Assembly (NCBI GenBank): GCA_964616985.1
Contig: CAZTVF010000009.1
Coordinates: 2,405-66,404 of the forward strand
DNA length: 64,000 bases
Reading direction: 5' to 3'
Source: an uncultured Planctomycetaceae bacterium
Lineage (GTDB): Bacteria; Planctomycetota; Phycisphaerae; SM23-33
Positions 58,397 through 64,000 of this stretch are shown here, piece by piece (the stretch's first letter is position 1; every line of letters begins with the position of its first letter). Both the position numbers and the translations under genes were made by a program. The notes under the pieces are model-generated. The model searched no databases and was not told where the DNA came from. It saw only the letters and a program-made list of their open reading frames with translations.

Positions 58397-59821
58397 TCAC
58401 GCTGGCAAGTATGCGTCGTTGGCGATGAGACGATCGCGCACCTGGCGTACGTCGACCGCGTGCACGTCGGCGCCCCAGCGGCCAGCCGCCAGCGCGGCCG
58501 CGGTGCCGGCGGCCTCCCCGGTGGTCAGACAGCAGGCCATGATGCGAACGCTGCCATTGACCGGCCGATCGGTCGAGATGCACCGCCCGGCCACCAGGAC
58601 GTTCCGCAGGCCCCGCGGCGTCAGGCAGCGGTAGGGCACGCCGTAGCTCTCCCCCTTGCCGAGCTGCCTGACCTCTTTTTCGAACTTTTCTTTCGCCGCC
58701 TGGGGATCCTTCTGGCGGGCCAGGAATGCGCTGATGTCGCCCTTGCCGTGCACGTCGACGCAATAGGCGTTCCGCGCGATCTCATCCTCGAAGCTTCGCC
58801 GTTGGCGAAAGTCATCTATCGTCAGCATGTAATCGCCGACGATCCGGCGCGTCTCGCGCACTCCCAGCAGCGCCCCGGTGGCCGCCAGGAAGGCGTCGCG
58901 GAACGCCGGGTGATACTCGGCAAAGGCCTGGCGGTATTGCGCGGCCTGCTGGCGTCCGCGGATGAGCGCCGCCGACACGCTGGCAGGGTCGGTGTTGTCC
59001 ACGTCATAGATGTGCCCGAAATTGTAGCTGTAGGTCCTGGGCCCGATCTGCTTGCTGCATGAGTGCTGGTCGATGATGAAGGGGAAGCGGTCACTGGCCA
59101 CGGCCTTGTGCACCGGGCTGTCCGGATCGAAGAAGTGAAGGCTCGGCGGGGCGCCGGCGGGGCGGCTGGGGTTGTACCAGCAGTCGTACGGCTCGACGTT
59201 GCCCAGCATGAAGCAGTGCGTTGCCGGCTGCAGGACGCCTTGTGCATCGCCCTTCTCGAAGGCCGCGCCCGCCCATGCGGCCAGATCGCCATCACCGGTG
59301 CCGTCGACGTATACCTTGGCACGGTACGCGCGCAGCCCAGCCTTGCTGCTCACCAGCAGCGCATCAACCTGCCCATCGTCCGCCCGTTCGACCGAGCAAA
59401 GCTGCGAATGGAAGACGACCTGGGCTCCCGCCTCGGTCACCAGGCGGTCGTAGAGCCGCTTGAGGAACTCCGGATCGATGGCCGGGTCCCACGTCAGCAC
59501 CTGTTTCCAGTGGTTGCACAACTCCTGCCGAATCCGCTCGGCGATCCCGCGGGCGATGATCCTCTCGCCGTCGGCATATCCGCAGAACCAGGGCACCAGC
59601 CCCAGCGTTCCCATGCCTCCCAGTGCGCCGGTGGCCTCGATCAGCAACGTGCGTGCGCCCTCGCGCGCGGCCGCGGTCGCGGCGGCGCAGCCGGCAGGAC
59701 CGCCGCCGACGACGATGACGTCCCAGTCGTCCTGCATCGGGATATTCCTGGGTCGAACGGCGTATTGTGCCTGCCAGGTGTCGGGTTGGTTCGGGCGCTG
59801 CGATTCATCACGTTTTGTCAC
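58397..59821 (-). CDS. FAD-dependent oxidoreductase (FAD_oxidored family)
   Basis: DVIVVGGGPAG, LGGMGT, DGTGDGDLA, GVRETRRIVG, YGVPYRCL, AGRCIS. Confidence 0.92.
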   Translation of the reverse strand: MTKRDESQRPNQPDTWQAQYAVRPRNIPMQDDWDVIVVGGGPAGCAAATAAAREGARTLLIEATGALGGMGTLGLVPWFCGYADGERIIARGIAERIRQELCNHWKQVLTWDPAIDPEFLKRLYDRLVTEAGAQVVFHSQLCSVERADDGQVDALLVSSKAGLRAYRAKVYVDGTGDGDLAAWAGAAFEKGDAQGVLQPATHCFMLGNVEPYDCWYNPSRPAGAPPSLHFFDPDSPVHKAVASDRFPFIIDQHSCSKQIGPRTYSYNFGHIYDVDNTDPASVSAALIRGRQQAAQYRQAFAEYHPAFRDAFLAATGALLGVRETRRIVGDYMLTIDDFRQRRSFEDEIARNAYCVDVHGKGDISAFLARQKDPQAAKEKFEKEVRQLGKGESYGVPYRCLTPRGLRNVLVAGRCISTDRPVNGSVRIMACCLTTGEAAGTAAALAAGRWGADVHAVDVRQVRDRLIANDAYLPA

Positions 59822-59993
59822 AGAGGTACGTCCTTTCGCGTTGCCGTCGGTGCTCGCTGGACGATAATGGCCAACGAGGGAGCCATGACGAGAGACACTC
59901 GACGAAGATCATCCGGTCGGCAATCTGCCGCACGCTGCTGGTCTCGCCGTCAAAATCGAATCGGATCAATCCGTGTGGAGTCTAACGACCTCA

Positions 59994-62903
59994 TCATGTT
60001 TCCGCACGGGGTACGAACCAGGCCTGGAAACTCACGTCAGTATCCTGCGCCAACCGCGAGGACGCCGCCACGGCGAAATCCGCCGCACCCCCTACGGGAA
60101 TGGCGACACGCCAAGCCTGCCACGTCGCGGGATACGTAAAGTCACCCAACACCGGCGTGGCTTCCGCCGTGGCGCCGTTCAAGGTGAACGTCGCCTTGAG
60201 CAGCGATCCGATGTTGCCCTTCGGCGCCGCTCGCCCACCCCGTGTCACACATGCGGCAATGGCCAGCGTGCCCCCACCCTGCGACGCCGGCGCCATGCCG
60301 GACACCGTGAACCCGCGGGTCTGATCTGCCGCATCGACCTCCGTCACCGTCAGGCTGACCGGACCGCTGGGTTCGGCGAATCGCCGGCGAGAGATCGCTT
60401 CACGCCAGTCCGCGCCGGCAGCCGGCGTCTCACCGTCCGCCACCACTTCGTAAAGCGCCACCGCGAACGGGCGCAGGCAGTCGACAGGCGTTCTGCTGTC
60501 CGCCCCCGAAAGCCGGGCCGGTGCTGGATAGTGACGATAGACACGAAACCCGGCGCCGGCAGCCAATCCGAACGTCGTGGGCGTGTCGAAGGCCATGGCG
60601 TAATCTCGCCACCCGAAATTGTTGACCGCTACAAAGGCGCGGCGGCCGTCGGAACAGGCGTAGCCGTAGGGCTCGTTGCGCCACGGATCCCCAAGAATGA
60701 GATGCGGCTGGGCGAAGCAATCCGGGTAGTCGCGCAACAGTCGTAGGAACGCGCCCATGTCGCGCAAGTCGGCCTCGCCCAGGCGATCCTCGCCCAGCCA
60801 CGGCTGGAAGAGCAGCGACCCGCGGCACAGGTCCATGACGATCCCTTCGCGCCAGCGATCGGTCCCGATCGAGCTGTTCCACGGCCAGCGCGACAGCCAG
60901 ACGCCGAGCGAGTCCTTGCCCAGGCGCGGGATGTCGGCGGCGAAGACCGTCCCCTGGTCGAGGGTCAGCGCCACGCCGTCGCGGGCGTAGAGCGACGGCG
61001 TGGGCGAGGGTGAAGCCGCTTCGATCAGCAGTCCGCACTCGAATTCAGTGTCGCCGTGCAGCAGCCACCAGGGCGAGCGGTAGCCCCAGTAGAGCATGAT
61101 GAACGCCTCCGGGCAGGCGGCATCCAGCGCGGCGAAAAAGTCGATGACGCTGTTGTAGATCGCCTCAGTAGAATAGACCCCGGGCCAGTGGCCATGACTC
61201 CCGTTGTGGCAGGTCGACACCAGATTGTCGAATTTCAGCAGCCGCGCCCCCTCCTCCCGAAGGTGGTGGAGAAAGGCGCTGCGGAAGATTGAGCGGATCG
61301 GTTCGGCGGCGCGGCAGATCGGGCTCACGCCCCACTCCGCATTCGCCGGCGGTGTGGCCGCATAGGAGGGATTGCCGATCCGGCAGTTCTTCACCAGCGG
61401 ATTGTGACCGATCTGCCAGGAGGGGAACATCGAGCTGTCCACCCATAGACCATGGCGCGTGCCGGTTGCCGTCAAGGCGGCGCGCGCCTTCGCGAAGCCC
61501 TCGGGAAAGCGGTGGTTGAAACGCACCAAGTCAGCAGTCGGATCTTGCCAGAAATCCACTGAGACCAGGTCGAACGTCGAACCGGTCGCGTCCCTGAAGT
61601 CACGCAGCCAATCGGCGCAATTCAGGCAGACCTCTTCTGACAGCTCGGCCTCCAGGCTCTGCCCGGGCGGAATGGGCCAGCACCCAAAGGGTTCCAGGAT
61701 GGCATAGGGCCGGTTGTGGCCGCGCCGCACCCGCCTCATTCGCGGCTTGAGGTGGTTGAGGAATGCCTCGCGAGCGCCGCCAGCCGCCGCCACGCCCAGC
61801 ACCGCGTTCATGCACGTGAAGGATTGGCCCGGCTCCAGTAGGGCGCCGGGGAACTGTCGCAACTGGATGCGCCCGGCCTCGCCCATGGCCCAGCCGGCCG
61901 GATGGTCGAGCGACAGGAAAAAGGCGTCGTCGGCATAGACGGGGAAACCCATGTTACCCTCGCTGACCTCCGCCCCGGTCGCGTAGTCGCCCAGCCGCAC
62001 CTGCATCAGGCGCACCGGGCGATTGCCGCTGTTGGTCAGCGTCGTGGATTTGATCAGGGTTCGTCCGTCATCGGCCGGGCGATAGCACAACTCGGCGCGG
62101 AGCGCCGCCTCCGCGTCGGCCAGCAGAATCCGCAGGCCACCGTCTTCCGCCGTCACCGACTCGACCGTGAACATGAGCTTCTTCTCCGGCCGCTCGCCAA
62201 AGGCGATGTGCTGGAAGTAGGGCGGCATCAGGCAATGCGGATAGGCCAGGTGGTAGGCGTGATCGGCATCGAGTTCCTCCATACGCTGGTCGCGGGCGAT
62301 CGCGCCGCCGAGCTGCAGGGCGAGGATGTTCACCTGGCCGAAACGGAGCTGCCCATAGAGCGGCTGCTCCGGCCGGATCTCGAAAGTCCCCGGCTCAAAC
62401 CAGCGTCCTTCGACCCGGCGCTCGCCCGCGAGCAGGCCATTGAGAAACACCCGCGTTTCCCTGAAATCGCCCACCCCGAAACCGCCGAGGGTCAGGGTCA
62501 GCGGCTCGCCGCGCAGCGACTCCGGCAGGAACACCCGGGTACGCGCCCAAGCCCAGTGGCCCTGATCGGCGCTGGCGGTCAGGTTGAACAGTCCGGTGCA
62601 GGGCGCCCACCGGGAGGCTTCCTTGAGCTGTTCGGCGACGTCCGGATAGTCGGGGCGGTGATAGACGGCCCTGAAACCCGCCTCGTCGTCTGCGGGGACC
62701 GGTTCGCTCTGTCCGCGCTGGATATGCCACCCCTCGATCCAGATCCGATCGCAGGCGGCGTCCACCTCAACTTCAAGCTCCGCTCCACCGCCCAGTTCGA
62801 GCGTCCTTCCCGTGAGGCGGTTGTCCCACCGCAGAGCCGTAAGTTGGGCCCCTGCGCTCAACGCCAAGCCCATCATCGCTGTCTTCACACACCGTGTCTT
62901 CAT
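59994..62903 (-). CDS. Glycoside hydrolase, clan GH-D (GH27/GH36-like), with N-terminal galactose-binding-like domain
   Basis: WARTRVFLP..LTLGG....VFLNG jelly-roll; VSVDFWQD, RFPEGF, GLWV, LLKFDN nucleophile-like motif, SPWWL. Confidence 0.65.
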   Translation of the reverse strand: MKTRCVKTAMMGLALSAGAQLTALRWDNRLTGRTLELGGGAELEVEVDAACDRIWIEGWHIQRGQSEPVPADDEAGFRAVYHRPDYPDVAEQLKEASRWAPCTGLFNLTASADQGHWAWARTRVFLPESLRGEPLTLTLGGFGVGDFRETRVFLNGLLAGERRVEGRWFEPGTFEIRPEQPLYGQLRFGQVNILALQLGGAIARDQRMEELDADHAYHLAYPHCLMPPYFQHIAFGERPEKKLMFTVESVTAEDGGLRILLADAEAALRAELCYRPADDGRTLIKSTTLTNSGNRPVRLMQVRLGDYATGAEVSEGNMGFPVYADDAFFLSLDHPAGWAMGEAGRIQLRQFPGALLEPGQSFTCMNAVLGVAAAGGAREAFLNHLKPRMRRVRRGHNRPYAILEPFGCWPIPPGQSLEAELSEEVCLNCADWLRDFRDATGSTFDLVSVDFWQDPTADLVRFNHRFPEGFAKARAALTATGTRHGLWVDSSMFPSWQIGHNPLVKNCRIGNPSYAATPPANAEWGVSPICRAAEPIRSIFRSAFLHHLREEGARLLKFDNLVSTCHNGSHGHWPGVYSTEAIYNSVIDFFAALDAACPEAFIMLYWGYRSPWWLLHGDTEFECGLLIEAASPSPTPSLYARDGVALTLDQGTVFAADIPRLGKDSLGVWLSRWPWNSSIGTDRWREGIVMDLCRGSLLFQPWLGEDRLGEADLRDMGAFLRLLRDYPDCFAQPHLILGDPWRNEPYGYACSDGRRAFVAVNNFGWRDYAMAFDTPTTFGLAAGAGFRVYRHYPAPARLSGADSRTPVDCLRPFAVALYEVVADGETPAAGADWREAISRRRFAEPSGPVSLTVTEVDAADQTRGFTVSGMAPASQGGGTLAIAACVTRGGRAAPKGNIGSLLKATFTLNGATAEATPVLGDFTYPATWQAWRVAIPVGGAADFAVAASSRLAQDTDVSFQAWFVPRAET

Positions 62904-63063
62904 GATGATTCCTCAAAACGCACGAAAAGCTACGACAGCGGCGACAGCAGCTTCGACATGCTCGCCGGACTGCTGACTGACGGCCAGCACCGCCCTCTCT
63001 CATATCGCAACACGTCAGGGCAATCGGAAAATCTTGTATGCCACCGTGTATGAAACACGGGGG

Positions 63064-64000
63064 CTAGACGTTCGCGCCGCCGAGAAAGTCGTACGAGACT
63101 CGCTTTTGCACGGCCTCGATCTCGGTGAACGATTCCTTGAGAATCGCCCTCTCAATGTGCCCCAGCGCGTGAGGGTCGATCAGGTTGTCGGGCGGGCGCT
63201 GGGCCGCGAGGAGCTCGCACTGGTGGCGGAGGCGGAGGCGCATGAGCGCCTCGTAGGCGGCCTGCATCTCCTGCTGCGTCGAGTTCAGAAGGACGCCCGC
63301 GGCGGCCAAGGCGGCCAGGCGGTCGAGCGTGCCGGTCTCGGCCTGGGCGTTCTTGAGGGCGTAGAGCCGGGCGAAGCTCACGATGGGCATCATCGCGGCC
63401 TTGAGGTCCAGCATGCCGGCTGAGTCGCCGCTGCCCCCACCGGTGACGATCCGCCCGAACAGGCCCAGCGGCGGCTTGAACAGCAGCGAATTGGCCGCGA
63501 AATGGGCGAAGAACGCCGGCGTCTGAAACACCGCCTGTTGCACGTGCGACCGCAGTCTGGAGGCAAGCCCCGACTGGCCGAACACCCCGCGAAGGTCAAA
63601 GAAGATGCTGAAGTCCAGCAGCTCGCGAGGTTCGGCCTTGGCGATCCACTGGTCAAAGTACCGCTTCCACGTGGTGAGGCCCTGGCACCAGCGGTCGTTG
63701 CTGGCCATGATGCCGCCCGAACAGGGGGCGTAGCCCGCACGGGCCAGGCCTTCGCAGACGCGCTGCCCCAGTTGGCGGAAGTACGGCAGGACCGCGACGG
63801 GATCGACGCGAGCGCCGTCGTCGTCATAGATGATGGCATTGTCCTGGTCGGTGCAAAGGGTCTGCTCCTGGCGGCCCTGGCTGCCGAGGGCGATGAAGTC
63901 GAAGGGAACCGGCGAAGGTCCCAGTTCTCGCGTTGCCAACTCCACGAGGCGCACCGTGGCCGCGTCGCAGACCGATGCGAGCATCCGCGTGACGTGCCGA
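63064..64000 (-). CDS. DUF294 nucleotidyltransferase-like signal-transduction protein (5' end outside window)
   Basis: LGSQGRQEQTLCTDQDNAII, CSGGIMASN, IFFDLR, LDLK, TGTLDRL; the frame is open to the window edge. Confidence 0.9.
   Translation of the reverse strand, partial: RHVTRMLASVCDAATVRLVELATRELGPSPVPFDFIALGSQGRQEQTLCTDQDNAIIYDDDGARVDPVAVLPYFRQLGQRVCEGLARAGYAPCSGGIMASNDRWCQGLTTWKRYFDQWIAKAEPRELLDFSIFFDLRGVFGQSGLASRLRSHVQQAVFQTPAFFAHFAANSLLFKPPLGLFGRIVTGGGSGDSAGMLDLKAAMMPIVSFARLYALKNAQAETGTLDRLAALAAAGVLLNSTQQEMQAAYEALMRLRLRHQCELLAAQRPPDNLIDPHALGHIERAILKESFTEIEAVQKRVSYDFLGGANV

Overview
High-GC (roughly two-thirds G+C by eye) bacterial chromosomal window with about 40 CDS. I saw no rRNA, tRNA, CRISPR array or transposase. 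The gene content (many secreted CAZyme-like proteins, PQQ-like/NHL propellers, URO-D-family protein, A|F-type prepilins, DUF362) suggests a polysaccharide-degrading, probably anaerobic Planctomycetota-like organism; this is inference. Housekeeping genes include cheB, thrC, dapB, ltaE, rmuC and an ABC exporter. The standout feature is an 8-gene, largely translationally coupled minus-strand redox operon (24957->13890). It encodes two membrane-anchored PQQ-like beta-propellers, an NHL propeller with a CGCC motif, a tiny Tat-like 4-Cys protein, a Tat 4x[4Fe-4S] ferredoxin and a NapH/YccM-like membrane polyferredoxin. It also encodes a fused HydC-HydB (NuoE-NuoF) flavoprotein with bifurcating-type signatures and a HydA-N-terminal/GltD hybrid with no H-cluster or Moco domain that appears to lack the GltD NAD(P)H-binding domain. 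Other notable items: a B12 radical SAM plus type III PKS pair, a 2127-aa secreted alpha-2-macroglobulin-like protein bracketed by inverted repeat arrays, an SplB-like radical SAM with a CX5CX2C motif, and a rich set of nested palindromic intergenic elements built from shared modules.
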